Below are positions 23,701 to 39,300 of a stretch of 64,000 nt of DNA, piece by piece. A program made the translations under genes and the position numbers. How positions within the stretch are numbered: the first letter of the stretch is position 1; every line of letters starts with the position of its first letter. The DNA comes from Squalus acanthias (Eukaryota): assembly GCA_030390025.1 (NCBI GenBank), contig CM059438.1, positions 55,864,001-55,928,000 on the forward strand, given 5' to 3'. Below the pieces are notes generated by a model that saw nothing but the letters and a program-made list of their open reading frames with translations, did not search any database and was not told where the DNA came from.

Positions 23701-26700
23701 CCCGTGAATCTCCCCCCCGTGAATCACCCCCCCCCGTGAATCACTCCCCGTGAATCTCCCCCCTGTGAATCACCCCCCCGTGAATCACCCCCCGTGAATC
23801 TCCCCCCCGTGAATCTCCCCCCCCCGTGAATCACTCCCCGTGAATCACCCCCCGTGAATCACCCCCCCGTGAATCTCCCCCCCGTGAATCTCCCCCCCGT
23901 GAATCTCCCCCCCCCGTGAATCTCTCCCCCCGTGAATCATCCCCCCCGTGAATCTCCCCCCGTGAATCTCCCCCCCCGTGAATCACCCCCCCCGTGAATC
24001 TCCCCCCGTGAATCTCCCCCCCGTGAATCTCCCCCCCCCCCGTGAATCTCCCCCCCCCGTGAATCTCCCCCCCGTGAATCTCCCCCCGTGAATCACCCCC
24101 CCCCGTGAATCTCCCCCCCCGTGAATCACCCCCCCCGTGAATCACCCCCCCCGTGAATCACCCCCCGTGAATCTCCCCCCCCCGTGAATCTCCCCCCGTG
24201 AATCTCCCCCCCGTGAATCACCGCCCCCCCGTGAATCACCCCCCCCCCCCGTGAATCTCCCCCCCCGTGAATCTCCCCCTGTGAATCTCCCACTGTGAAT
24301 CTCCCCCCCACCGTGAATCACACCCCCCGTGAATCACCCCCCCCCGTGAATCTCCTCCCCCCGTGAATCTCCCCCCCGTGAATCACCCCCCGTGAATCTC
24401 CCCCCCATGAATCACCACCCCCCCCCCGTGAATCTCCCCCCCCGTGAATCTCCCCCCCGTGAATCACCCCCCCAGTGAATCACCCCCCCCCCCGTGAATC
24501 TCCCCCCCCGTGAATCTCCACCCCGTGAATCACCCCCCCCGTGAATCTCCCCCCCCGTGAATCTCCCCCCCGTGAATCACCCCCCCCGTGAATCTCCCCC
24601 ACCGTGAATCACCCCCCCGTGAATCTCCCCCCGTGAATCACCCCCGCCCGTGAATCTCCCCCACCGTGAATCTCCCCCCCACCGTGAATCAACCCCCCCG
24701 TGAATCACCCCCCACCGTGAATCACACCCCCCGTGAATCACCCCCCCCCCGTGAATCTCCCCCCCCCGTGAATCTCCCCCCCGTGAATCACCCACCCCCC
24801 GTGAATCTGCCCCCCATGAATCTCCCCCCCGTGAATCACCCCCCCCGTGAATCACCCCCCCCATGAATCCCCCCCCCGTGAATCTCACCCCCCGTGAATC
24901 TCCACCCCGTGAATCACCCCCCCCGTGAATCTCCCCCCCCGTGAATCTCCCCCCCGTGAATCACCCCCCCCCCCGTGAATCTCCCCCACCGTGAATCACC
25001 CCCCCCCCGTGAATCTCCCCCCGTGAATCACCCCCGCCCGTGAATCTCCCCCACCGTGAATCTCCCCCCCCTGTGAATCTCCCCCCCCATGAATCCCCCC
25101 CCCCGTGAATCTCCCTCCCCCGTGAATCTCCCCCTGTGAATCTCCCCCCCCGTGAATCTCCCCCCCCGTGAATCACCCCCTGTGAATCTCCCCCCCGTGA
25201 ATCTCCCTCCCCCGTGAATCTCCCCCCGTGAATCTCCCCCCCCGTGAATCACCCCCCCCCCCCCCGTGAATCTCCCCCCGTGAATCTCCCCCCCCCCCCC
25301 CCGTGACTCTCCCCCCCGGTGAATCTCCCCCCCCCGCCGTGAATCTCCCCGCCCCCCCCCAGTGAATCTCCCCCCCGTAAATCTCCCCTCCCCGTGAATC
25401 TCCCCCCGTGAATCTCCCCCCCCCCGTGAATCACCCCCCGTGAATCTCCCCCGCGTGAATCACCCCCCCCGTGAATCACCCCCCGTGAATCTCCCCCCCG
25501 TGAATCACCCTCCGTGAATCTCCCCCCCGTGAATCTCCCCCCCCGTGTATCACTCCCCGTGAATCTCCCCCCCGTGAATCACCCCCCCCCGTGAATCACC
25601 CCCCGTGAATCTCCCCCCCCCGTGAATCTCCCCCCCGGTGAATCTCCCCCCGTGAATCTCCCCCCCGTGAATCACCGCCCCCCCGTGAATCACCGCCCCC
25701 GTGAATCTCCCCCCCCCCCGTGAATCTCCCCCCCATGAATCTCCCCCTGTGAATCTCCCCCTGTGAATCTCCCCCCCACCGTGAATCAACCCCCCCGTGA
25801 ATCACCCCCCCCCGTGAATCACCCCCCCCGTGAATCACCCCCCCCGTGAATCTCCCCCCCCCGTGAATCTCCCCCCCGTGAATCACCCCCCGTGAATCTC
25901 CCCCCCGTGAATCACCCCCCCCCGTGAATCTCCCACCCCGTGAATCACCCCCCCCGTGAATCTCCCCCCCCGTGAATCTCCCCCCCGTGAATCACCCCCA
26001 CCGTGAATCTCCCCCACCGTGATTCACCCCCCCCCGTGAATCTCCCCCCGTGAATCACCCCCGCCCGTGAATCTCCCCCACCGTGAATCACCTCCCCCCG
26101 TGAATCTCCCCCCCGTGAATCTCCCCCCGTGAATCTCCCCCCCGTGAATCACCCTCCGTGAATCTCCCCCCCGTGAATCTCCCCCCCCGTGAATCACTCC
26201 CCGTGAATCTCCCCCCCGTGAATCACCCACCCCGTGAATCACCCCCCGTGAATCTCCCCCCCCGTGAATCTCCCCCCGTGAATCTCCCCCCCGTGAATCA
26301 CCCCCCCCGTGAATCACCCCCCCGTGAATCACCCCCCCGTGAATCACCCCCCCGTGAATCTCCCCCCCCGTGAATCACCCCCCGTGAATCTCCCCGCCCC
26401 GTGAATCACCCCCCGTGAATCACCCTCCGTGAATCTCCCCCCCGTGAATCTCCCCCCCCCGTGAATCTCCCCCCGTGAATCTCCCCCCCCGTGAATCACC
26501 CCCCGTGAATCTCCCCCCCGTGAATCACCCCCCCCCGTGAATCACCCCCCGTGAATCTCCCCCCCGTGAATCACCCTCCGTGAATCTCCCCCCCGTGAAT
26601 CTCCCCCCCCCGTGAATCACTCCCCGTGAATCTCCCCCCTGTGAATCACCCCCCCGTGAATCACCCCCCGTGAATCTCCCCCCCGTGAATCTCCCCCCCC

Positions 26701-27199
26701 GTGAATCACTCCCCGTGAATCACCCCCCGTGAATCACCCCCCGTGAATCTCCCCCCGTGAATCTCCCCCCCGTGAATCACCGCCCCCCCGTGAATCACCA
26801 CCCCCCCCGTGAATCTCCCCCTCCGTGAAACTCCCCCCCGTGAATCTCCCCCTGTGAATCTCCCCCTGTGAATCTCCCCCCCCCGTGAATCAACCCCCCC
26901 GTGAATCACCCCCCCCCGTGAATCACCCCCCCCGTGAATCACCCCCCCCCCCGTGAATCTCCCCCCCCGTGAATCTCCCCCCCGTGAATCACCCCACCGT
27001 GAATCTCCCCCCCGTGAATCACCCCCCCCGTGAATCTCCCCCCCCGTGAATCTCCCCCCCGTGAATCACCCCCCCGTGAATCACCCCCACCCCCGTGAAT
27101 CTCCCCCCCCGTAAATCTCCACCCCGTGAATCACCCCCCCCGTGAATCTCCCCCCCCGTGAATCACCCCCCCCCCGTGAATCTCCCCCCGTGAATCACC
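17794..27199. repeat. C-rich minisatellite, ~15-18 bp unit GTGAATC(T/A)C(C)n, with ~2.9-kb higher-order repeat
   Basis: Direct tandem repetition; rare variants recur at ~2.85-2.97 kb spacing. Confidence 0.98.
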
Positions 27200-27399
27200 N
27201 NNNNNNNNNNNNNNNNNNNNNNNNNNNNNNNNNNNNNNNNNNNNNNNNNNNNNNNNNNNNNNNNNNNNNNNNNNNNNNNNNNNNNNNNNNNNNNNNNNNN
27301 NNNNNNNNNNNNNNNNNNNNNNNNNNNNNNNNNNNNNNNNNNNNNNNNNNNNNNNNNNNNNNNNNNNNNNNNNNNNNNNNNNNNNNNNNNNNNNNNNNN
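27200..27399. other. Assembly gap (200 N)
   Basis: Exactly 200 N between two different satellites; a round number typical of a placeholder scaffold gap. Confidence 0.99.
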
Positions 27400-30300
27400 C
27401 CCCGCAACCTCACACACTGCCCGCAACCTCACACACTGCCCGCAACCTCACACACTTGCCCGCAACCACCTCACACACTGCCCGCAACCTCCTCACACAC
27501 TGCCCGCAACCTCTCACACACTGCCCGCAACCTCTCACACACTGCCCGCAACCTCCTCACACACTGCCCGCAACCTCACACACTGCCCGCAACCTCACAC
27601 ACTGCCCGCAACACCTCACACACTGCCCGCAACCCCTCACACACTGCCCGCACCACCTCACACAAACCTTGCCCGCAACCTCACACACTGCCCGCAACCT
27701 CACACACTGCCCGCAACCTCACACACTGCCCCGCAAACCCCTCACACACTGCCCGCAACCTCCACACACACTGCCGCAACCTCACCACACTGCCGCAACC
27801 TCACACACTGCCCGCAACCTCACACACTGCCCGCAACCTCCTCACACCTGCCCGCAACCTCACACACTGCCCGCAACCTCCTCACACACTGCCCTGGCAA
27901 TCTCTCACACATGCCCGCAACCTCCACACACTGCCCGCAACCTCACACACTGCCCGCAACCTCACACACTGCCCGCAACCTCTCACACACTGCACGCAAC
28001 CTCACACACTGCCCGCAACCTCACACACCTGCCCGCAACCTCCTCACACACTGCCCGCAACCTCCTCACACACTGCCCGCAACCTCCTCAACACTGCCCG
28101 CAACCTCACACACTGCCCGCAACCTCCTCACACACTGCCCGCAACCTCCTCACACACTGCCCGCAACCTCACACACTGCCCGCAACCTCACACACTGCCC
28201 GCAACCTCCTCACACACTGCCCGCAACCTCTCACACACTGCCCGCAACCTCACACACTGCCCGCAACCTCACACACTGCCCGCAACCTCACACACTGCCC
28301 GCAACCTCACACACTGCCCGCAACCTCACACACTGCCCGCAACCCCTCACACACTGCCCGCAACCTCACACACTGCCCGCAACCTCACACACTGCCGCAA
28401 CCTCACACACTGCCCGCAACCTCCTCACACACTGCCCGCAACCCTCACACCACTGCCCGCAACCTCACACCACTGCCCCGCACCCTCACACACTGCCCGC
28501 AACCTCCTCACACACTGCCCGCAACCTCACACACTGCCGCAACCTACACCCACTGCCCGCAACCTCACACACTGCCCGCAACCTCACACACTGCCCGCAA
28601 CCTCACACACTGCCCGCAACCTCCTCACACACTGCCCGCAACCTCACACACTGGCCACAACCCTCACACACTGCCGCAACCTCTCACACACTGCCCCGCA
28701 ACCTCACACACTGCCCGCAACCTCCTCACACACTGCCCGCAACCTCCTCACACACTGCCCGCAACCCTCACACACTCCCGCAACCTCACACACTGCCCGC
28801 AACCTCACACACTGCCCGCAACCTCACACACTGCCCGCAACCTCACCACACTGCCCGCAACCTCACACACTGCCCGCAACCTCACACACTGCCCGCAACC
28901 TCCTCACACACTGCCCGCAACCTCCTCACACACTGCCCGCAACCTACAACTGCCCTGGCAACCTCACACACTGCCCGCAACCTCCTCACACACTGTCTGC
29001 AACCTCACACACTGCCCGCAACCTCACACACTGCCCGCAACCTCACACACTGCCCGCAACCTCCTCACACACTGCCCGCAACCTCACACACTGCCCGCAA
29101 CCTCACACACTGCCCGCAACCTCACACACTGCCCGCAACCTCCTCACACACTGCCCGCAACCTCACACACTGCCCGCAACCTCACACACTGCCCGCAACC
29201 TCACACACTGCCCGCAACCTCACACACTGCCCGCAACCTCACACACTGCCCGCAACCTCCTACACACTGCCCGCAACCTCACACACTGCCCGCAACCTCA
29301 CACACTGCCCGCAACCTCACACACTGCCCGCAACCTCTCACACACTGCCCGCAACCTCCTCACACACTGCCCGCAACCTCCTCACACACTGCCCGCAACT
29401 CCTCACACACTGCCCGCAACCTCACACACTGCCCGCAACCTCACACACTGCCCGCAACCTCACACACTGCCCGCAACCTCACACACTGCCCGCAACCTCA
29501 CACACTGCCCGCAACCTCCTCACACACTGCCCGCAACCTCACACACTGCCCGCAACCTCACACACTGCCCGCAACCTCTCACACACTGCCCGCAACCTCC
29601 TCACACACTGCCCGCAACCTCACACACTGCCCGCAACCTCACACACTGCCCGCAACCACCTCACACACTGCCCGCAACCTCACACACTGCCCGCAACCTC
29701 TCACACTGCCCGCAACCTCACACACTGCCCGCAACCTCACACACTGCCCGCAACCTCCTCACACACTGTCCGCAACCTCCTCACACACTGCCCGCAACCT
29801 CCTCACACACTGCCCGCAACCTCACACACTGCCCACTACCTCACACACTGCCCGCAACCTCACACACTGCCCGCAACCTCACACACACTGCCCGCAACCT
29901 CACACACTGCCCGCAACCCTCACACACTGCCCGCAACCTCCTCACACACTGCCCGCAACCTCCTCACACACTGCCCGCAACCTCACACACTGCCCGCAAC
30001 CTCTCACACACTGCCCGCAACCACCTCACACACTGCCCGCAACCTCCTCACACACTGCCCGCAACCTCACACACTGCCCGCAACCCCTCACACACTGCCC
30101 GCAACCTCCTCACACACTGCCCGCAACCTCACACACTGCCCGCAACCTCACACACTGCCCGCAACCTCCTCACACACTGCCCGCAACCTCACACACTGCC
30201 CGCAACCTCACACACTGCCCGCAACCTCACACACTGCCCGCAACCTCACACACTGCCCGCAACCTCACACACTGCCCGCAACCTCACACACTGCCCGCAA

Positions 30301-33300
30301 CCTCCTCACACACTGCCCGCAACCACCTCACACACTGCCCGCAACCTCACACACTGCCCGCAACCTCACACACTGCCCGCAACCTCACACTGCCGAACCT
30401 CACACTGCCCGCAACCTCACACACTGCCCGCAACCTCACACACTGCCCGCAACCTCCTCACACACTGCCCGCAACCTCCTCACACACTGCCCGCAACCTC
30501 ACACACTGCCCGCAACCTCACACACTGCCCGCAACCTCACACACTGCCCGCAACCTCACACACTGCCCGCAACCTCACACACTGCCCAGCAACCTCCTCA
30601 CACACTGCCCGCAACCTCACACACTGCCCGCAACCTCACACACTGCCCGCAACCTCACACACTGCCCGCAACTCCTCACACACTGCCCGCAACCTCACAC
30701 ACTGCCCGCAACCTCCTCACACACTGCCCGCAACCTCACACACTGCCCGCAACCTCACACACTGCCCGCAACCTCACACACTGCCCGCAACCTCACACAC
30801 TGCCCGCAACCTCACACACTGCCCGCAACCTCACACACTGCCCCGCAACCTCACACACTGCCCGCAACCTCACACACTGCCCGCAACCTCACACACTGCC
30901 CGCAACCTCACACACTGCCCGCAACCTCACACACTGCCCGCAACCTCACACACTGCCCGCAACCTCCTCACACACTGCCCGCAGCCTCACACTGCCCGCA
31001 ACCTCACACACTGCCCGCAACCTCACACACTGCCCGCAACTCCTCACACACTTCCCGCAACCTCACACACTGCCCGCAACCTCCTCACACACTTGCCCGC
31101 ACCTCACACACTGCCCGCAACCTCACACACTGCCCGCAACCTCACACACTGCCCGCAACCTCTCACACACTGCCCGCAACCTCCTCACACACTGCCCGCA
31201 ACCTCACACACTGCCCGCAACCTCACACACTGCCCGAACCTCCTCACACACTGCCCGCAACCTCACACACTGCCCGCAACCTCACACACTGCCCGCAACC
31301 TCTCACACACTGCCCACACACCTCCTCACACACTGCCCGCAACTCCTCACACACTGCCCGCAACCTCACACACTGCCCGCAACCTCCACACACTGCCCGC
31401 AACCTCACACACTGCCCGCAACCTCCTCACACACTGCCCGCAACCTCACACACTGCCCGCAACCTCTCACACACTGCCCGCAACCTCTCACACACTGCCC
31501 GCAACCTCACACACTGCCCGCAACCTCACACACTGCCCGCAACCTCACACACTGCCCGCTACCTCACACACTGCCCGCAGCCTCACACTGCCCGCAACCT
31601 CACACACTGCCCGCAAACTCCTCACACACTGCCGCAACCTCACACACTGCCCGCAGCCTCACACACTGCCCGCAACCTCCTCACACACTGCCCGCAACCT
31701 CCTCACACACTGCCCGCAACCTCACACACTGCCCGCAACCTCACACACTGCCCGCAACCACCTCACACACTGCCCGCAACCTCACACACTGCCCGCAACC
31801 TCACACACTGCCCGCAACCTCCACACACTGCCCGCAACCTCACACACTGCCCGCAACCTCACACACTGCCCGCAACCTCACACACTGCCCGCAACCTCCT
31901 CACACACTGCCCTCAACCTCCTCACACACTGCCCGCAACCTCACACACTGCCCTGCAACCTCACACACTGCCCGCAACCTCACACACTGCCCGCAACCTC
32001 CTCACACACTGCCCGCAACCTCACACACTGCCCGCAACCTCCTCACACACTGCCCGCAACCTCCTCACACACTGCCCGCAACCTCACACACTGCCCGCAA
32101 CCTCACACACTGCCCGCAACCTCACACACTGCCCGCAACCTCACACACTGCCCGCAACCTCACACACTGCCCGCAACCTCCTCACACACTGCCCGCAACC
32201 TCCTCACACACTGCCCGCAACCCTCACACACTGCCCGCAACCTCACACACTGCCCGCAACCTCACACACTGCCCGCAACCTCACACACTGCCCGCAACCT
32301 CACACACTGCCCAGCAACCTCACACACTGCCCGCAACCTCACACACTGCCCGCAACCTCACACACTGCCCGCAACCTCACACACTGCCCGCAACCTCCTC
32401 ACACACTGCCCGCAACCTCCTCACACACTGCCCGCAACCTCCTCACACACTGCCCGCAACCTCACACACTGCCCGCAACCTCACACACTGCCCGCAACCA
32501 CCTCACACACTGCCCGCAACCTCACACACTGCCCGCAACCTCACACACTGCCCGCAACCTCCTCACACACTGCCCGCAACCTCACACACTGCCCGCAACC
32601 TCACACACTGCCCGCAACCTCACACACTGCCCGCAACCTCACACACTGCCCGCAACCTCCTCACACACTGCCCGCAACCTCACACACTGCCCGCAACCTC
32701 ACACACTGCCCGCAACCTCTCACACACTGCCCGCAACCTCCTCACACACTGCCCGCAACCTCACACACTGCCCGCAACCTCACACACTGCCCGCAACCTC
32801 CTCACACACTGCCCGCAACCTCACACACTGCCCGCAACCTCACACACTGCCCGCAACCTCCTCACACACTGCCCGCAACCACCTCACACACTGCCCGCAA
32901 CCTCCTCACACACTGCCCGCAACCTCACACACTGCCCGCAACCTCCTCACACACTGCCCGCAACCTCCTCACACACTGCCCGCAACCTCACACACTGCCC
33001 GCAGCCTCACACACTGCCCGCAACCTCCTCACACACTGCCCGCAACCTCACACACTGCCCGCAACCTCACACACTGCCCGCAACCTCACACACTGCCCGC
33101 AACCCTCACACACTGCCCGCAACCTCACACACTGCCCGCAACCTCACACACTGCCCGCAACCTCCTCACACACTGCCCGCAACCTCCTCACACACTGCCC
33201 GCAACCTCACACACTGCCCGCAACCTCACACACTGCCCGCAACCTCCTCACACACTGCCCGCAACCTCACACACTGCCCGCAACCTCACACACTGCCCGC

Positions 33301-36300
33301 AACCTCACACACTGCCCGCAACCCTCACACACTGCCCGCAACCTCACACACTGCCCGCAACCTCACACACTGCCCGCAACCTCACACACTGCCCGCAACC
33401 TCACACACTGCCCGCAACCTCACACACTGCCCGCAACCTCCTCACACACTGCCCGCAACCTCACACACTGCCCGCAACCTCACACACTGCCCGCAACCTC
33501 ACACACTGCCCGCAACCTCACACTGCCCACCTCACACACTGCCCGCAACCACCTCACACACTGCCCGCAACCTCCTCACACACTGCCCGCAACCTCCTCA
33601 CACACTGCCCGCAACCACCTCACACACTGCCCGCAACCTCACACACTGCCCGCAACCTCACACACTGCCCGCAACCTCACACACTGCCCGCAACCTCACA
33701 CACTGCCCGCAACCTCACACACTGCCCGCAACCTCACACACTGCCCGCAACCTCACACACTGCCCGCAACCTCACACACTGCCCGCAACCTCCTCACACA
33801 CTGCCCGCAACCTCCTCACACACTGCCCGCAACCTCACACACTGCCCGCAACCTCACACACTGCCCGCAACCTCACACACTGCCCGCAACCTCCTCACAC
33901 ACTGCCCGCAACCTCACACACTGCCCGCAACCTCACACACTGCCCGCAACCTCACACACTGCCCGCAACCTCACACACTGCCCGCAACCTCACACACTGC
34001 CCGCAACCTCACACACTGCCCGCAACCTCACACACTGCCCGCAACCTCCTCACACACTGCCCGCAACCTCACACACTGCCCGCAACCTCACACACTGCCC
34101 GCAACTCCTCACACACTGCCCGCAACCTCACACACTGCCCGCAACCTCACACACTGCCCGCAACCTCACACACTGCCCGCAACCTCACACACTGCCCGCA
34201 ACCTCACACACTGCCCGCAACCTCACACACTGCCCGCAACCTCACACACTGCCCGCAACCTCCTCACACACTGCCCGCAACCTCCTCACACACTGCCCGC
34301 AACCTCACACACTGCCCGCAACCTCACACACTGCCCGCAACCTCCTCACACACTGCCCGCAACCTCACACACTGCCCGCAACCTCACACACTGCCCGCAA
34401 CCTCCTCACACACTGCCCGCAACCTCACACACTGCCCGCAACCTCACACACTGCCCGCAACCTCACACACTGCCCGCAACCTCCTCACACACTGCCCGCA
34501 ACCTCCTCACACACTGCCCGCAACCTCACACACTGCCCGCAACCTCACACACTGCCCGCAACCTCACACACTGCCCGCAACCTCCTCACACACTGCCAGC
34601 AACCTCACACACTGCCCGCAACCTCCTCACACACTGCCCGCAACCTCCTCACACACTGCCCGCAACCTCACACACTGCCCTGCAACCTCCTCACACACTG
34701 CCCTCAACCTCCTCACACACTGCCCGCAACTCCTCACACACTGCCCGCAACCTCACACACTGCCCTCAACGCCTACCTCACACTCACTGCCGCAACCTCA
34801 CACACTGCCCGCAACCTCACACACTGCCCGCAACCCTCACACACTGCCCGCAACCTCCTCACACACTGCCCGCAACCTCACACACTGCCCACAACTCCCC
34901 ACTCACTGCCCGCAACCTCTACACACTGCCGCAACCTCTCACACTGCCCGCAACCTCTCACACACTGCCCGCAACCTCCTCACACACTGCCCGCAACCTC
35001 ACACACTGCCCCAACCTCACACACTGCCCGCAACCTCACACACTGCCCGCAACCTCACACACTGCCCGCAACCTCACACACTGTCCGCAACCTCCTCACA
35101 CACTGCCCGCAACCTCCTCACACACTGCCCGCAACCTCACACACTGCCCGCAACCTCACACACTGCCCGCAACCATCACACACTGCCCAGCAACCTCACA
35201 CACTGCCCGCAACCTCACACACTGCCCGCAACCTCACACACTGCCCGCAACCTCCTCACACACTGCCCGCACCTCACTCACTGCCCGCAACCTCACACAC
35301 TGCCCGCAACCTCACACACTGCCCGCAACCTCACACACTGCCCGCAACCTCCTCACACACTGCCCGCAACCTCCTCACACACTGCCCGCAACCTCACACA
35401 CTGCCCGCAACCTCACACACTGCCCGCAAACTCCTCACACACTGCCCGCAACCTCACACACTGCCCGCAACCTCACACACTGCCCTCAACCTCCTCACTC
35501 ACTGCCCGCAACCTCACACACTGCCCGCAACCTCACACTGCAGCAACACTGCCCGCAACCTCACACACTGCCCGCAACCTCACACACTGCCCGCAAACCT
35601 CACACACTGCCCGCAACCTCACACACTGCCCGCAACCTCACACACTGCCCTGCAACCTCACACACTGCCGCAACTCCTCTCACACTGCCCGCAACCTCCT
35701 CATCACACTGCCCGCAACCTCACACACTGCCCGCAACCTCACACACTGCCCGCAACCTCACACACTGCCCGCAACCTCCACTCACACTGCCCCGCAACCC
35801 TCACACACTGCCCGCAACCTCACACACTGCCCGCAACCCCTCACACACTGCCCGCAACCTCCTCACACACTGCCCGCAACCTCACTCACACTCTGCCCGC
35901 AACCTCACACACTGCCCGCAACCTCACTCACTGCCCGCAACCTCACACACTGCCCGCAACCTCACACACTGCCCGCAACCTCTCACACACTTGCCCGCAA
36001 CCTCCTCACACACTGCCCGCAACCTCCTCACACACTGCCCGCACCTCACATCACTGCCCGCAACCTTCACACTCTGCCCGCAACCCTCACACACTGCCCG
36101 CAACCTCACACACTGCCCGCAACCTCACACACTGCCCGCAACCTCACACACTGCCCGCAACCTCACACACTGCCCGCAACCTCACACACTGCCGCAACCT
36201 CACACACTGCCCGCAACCTCCTCACACACTGCCCGCAACCTCCTCACACACTGCCCGCAACCTCACACACTGCCCGCAACCTCACACACTGCCCGCAACC

Positions 36301-39300
36301 TCACACACTGCCCGCAACCACCTCACACACTGCCCGCAACCTCACACACTGCCCGCAACCTCACACACTGCCCGCAACCTCCTCACACACTGCCCGCAAC
36401 CCTCACACACTGCCCGCAACCTCCTCACACACTGCCCGCAACCTCCTCACACACTGCCCGCAACCTCACACACTGCCCGCAACCTCACACACTGCCCGCA
36501 ACCACCTCACACACTGCCCGCAACCTCCTCACACACTGCCCGCAACCTCCTCACACACTGCCCGCAACCTCCTCACACACTGCCCGCAACCTCCTCACAC
36601 ACTGCCCGCAACCTCCTCACACACTGCCCGCAACCTCACACACTGCCCGCAACCTCCTCACACACTGCCCGCAACCTCCTCACACACTGCCCGCAACCTC
36701 ACACACTGCCCGCAACCTCACACACTGCCCGCAACCTCCTCACACACTGCCCGCAACCTCACACACTGCCCGCAACCTCACACACTGCCCGCAACCTCAC
36801 ACACTGCCCGCAACCTCCTCACACACTGCCCGCAACCTCACACACTGCCCGCAACCTCACACACTGCCCGCAACCTCTCACACACTGCCCGCAACCTCCT
36901 CACACACTGCCCGCAACCTCACACACTGCCCGCAACCTCACACACTGCCCGCAACCTCCTCACACACTGCCCGCAACCTCACACACTGCCCGCAACCTCA
37001 CACACTGCCCGCAACCTCCTCACACACTGCCCGCAACCTCACACACTGCCCGCAACCTCACACACTGCCCGCAACCTCTCACACACTGCCCGCAACCTCC
37101 TCACACACTGCCCGCAACCTCACACACTGCCCGCAACCTCACACACTGCCCGCAACCTCACACACTGCCCGCAACCTCCTCACACACTGCCCGCAACCTC
37201 CTCACACACTGCCCGCAACCTCACACACTGCCCGCAACCTCCTCACACACTGCCCGCAACCTCCTCACACACTGCCCGCAACCTCACACACTGCCCGCAA
37301 CCTCACACACTGCCCGCAACCTCACACACTGCCCGCAACCTCACACACTGCCCGCAACCTCACACACTGCCCGCAACCTCACACACTGCCCGCAACCTCA
37401 CACACTGCCGCAACCTCACACACTGCCCGCAACCTCACACACTGCCCGCAACCTCCTCACACACTGCCCGCAACCTCACACACTGCCCGCAACCTCACAC
37501 ACTGCCCGCAACCTCACACACTGCCCGCAACCTCACACACTGCCCGCAAACCTCACACACTGCCCGCAACCTCACACACTGCCCGCAACCTCACACACTG
37601 CCCGCAACCTCACACACTGCCCGCAACCTCACACACTGCCCGCAACCTCCTCACACACTGCCCGCAACCTCTCACACTGCCCGCAACCTCACACACTGCC
37701 CGCAACCTCACACACTGCCCGCAACCTCCTCACACACTGCCCGCAACCACCTCACACACTGCCCGCAACCTCCTCACACACTGCCCGCAACCTCCTCACA
37801 CACTGCCCGCAACCTCACACACTGCCCGCAACCTCACACACTGCCCGCAACCTCACACACTGCCCGCAACCTCACACACTGCCCGCAACCTCACACACTG
37901 CCCGCAACCTCCTCACACACTGCCCGCAACCTCCTCACACACTGCCCGCAACCTCACACACTGCCCGCAACCTCACACACTGCCCGCAACCACCTCACAC
38001 ACTGCCCGCAACCTCACACACTGCCCGCAACCTCACACACTGCCCGCAACCTCCTCACACACTGCCCGCAACCTCACACACTGCCCGCAACCTCACACAC
38101 TGCCCGCAACCTCACACACTGCCCGCAACCTCCTCACACACTGCCCGCAACCTCCTCACACACTGCCCGCAACCTCACACACTGCCCACAACCTCACACA
38201 CTGCCCGCAACCTCACACACTGCCCGCAACCCTCACACACTGCCCGCAACCTCACACACTGCCCGCAACCTCCTCACACACTGCCCGCAACCTCCTCACA
38301 CACTGCCCGCAACCTCTCACACACTGCCCGCAACCTCACACACTGCCCGCAACCTCACACACTGCCCGCAACCTCACACACTGCCCGCAACCTCCTCACA
38401 CACTGCCCGCAACCACCTCACACACTGCCCGCAACCTCCTCACACACTGCCCGCAACCTCCTCACACACTGCCCGCAACCTCCTCACACACTGCCCGCAA
38501 CCTCCTCACACACTGCCCGCAACCTCACACACTGCCCGCAACCTCACACACTGCCCGCAACCTCCTCACACACTGCCCGCAACCTCACACACTGCCCGCA
38601 ACCTCACACACTGCCCGCAACCTCACACACTGCCCGCAACCTCACACACTGCCCGCAACCTCACACACTGCCCGCAACCTCACACACTGCCCGCAACCTC
38701 CTCACACACTGCCCGCAACCTCACACACTGCCCGCAACCTCACACACTGCCCGCAACCTCCTCACACACTGCCCGCAACCTCCTCACACACTGCCCGCAA
38801 CCTCCTCACACACTGCCCGCAACCACCTCACACACTGCCCGCAACCTCCTCACACACTGCCCGCAACCTCACACACTGCCCGCAACCTCCTCACACACTG
38901 CCCGCAACCACCTCACACACTGCCCGCAACCACCTCACACACTGCCCGCAACCTCCTCACACACTGCCTGCAACCTCCTCACACACTGCCCGCAACCACC
39001 TCACACATTGCCCGCAACCTCCTCACACACTGCCCGCAACCTCACACACTGACCGCAACCTCCTCACACACTGCCCGCAACCTCCTCACACACTGCCCGC
39101 AACCTCACACACTGCCCGCAACCTCACACACTGCCCGCAACCTCCTCACACACTGCCCGCAACCTCACACACTGCCCGCAACCTCACACACTGCCCGCAA
39201 CCTCACACACTGCCCGCAACCTCCTCACACACTGCCCGCAACCTCACACACTGCCCGCAACCTCACACACTGCCCGCAACCTCCTCACACACTGCCCGCA

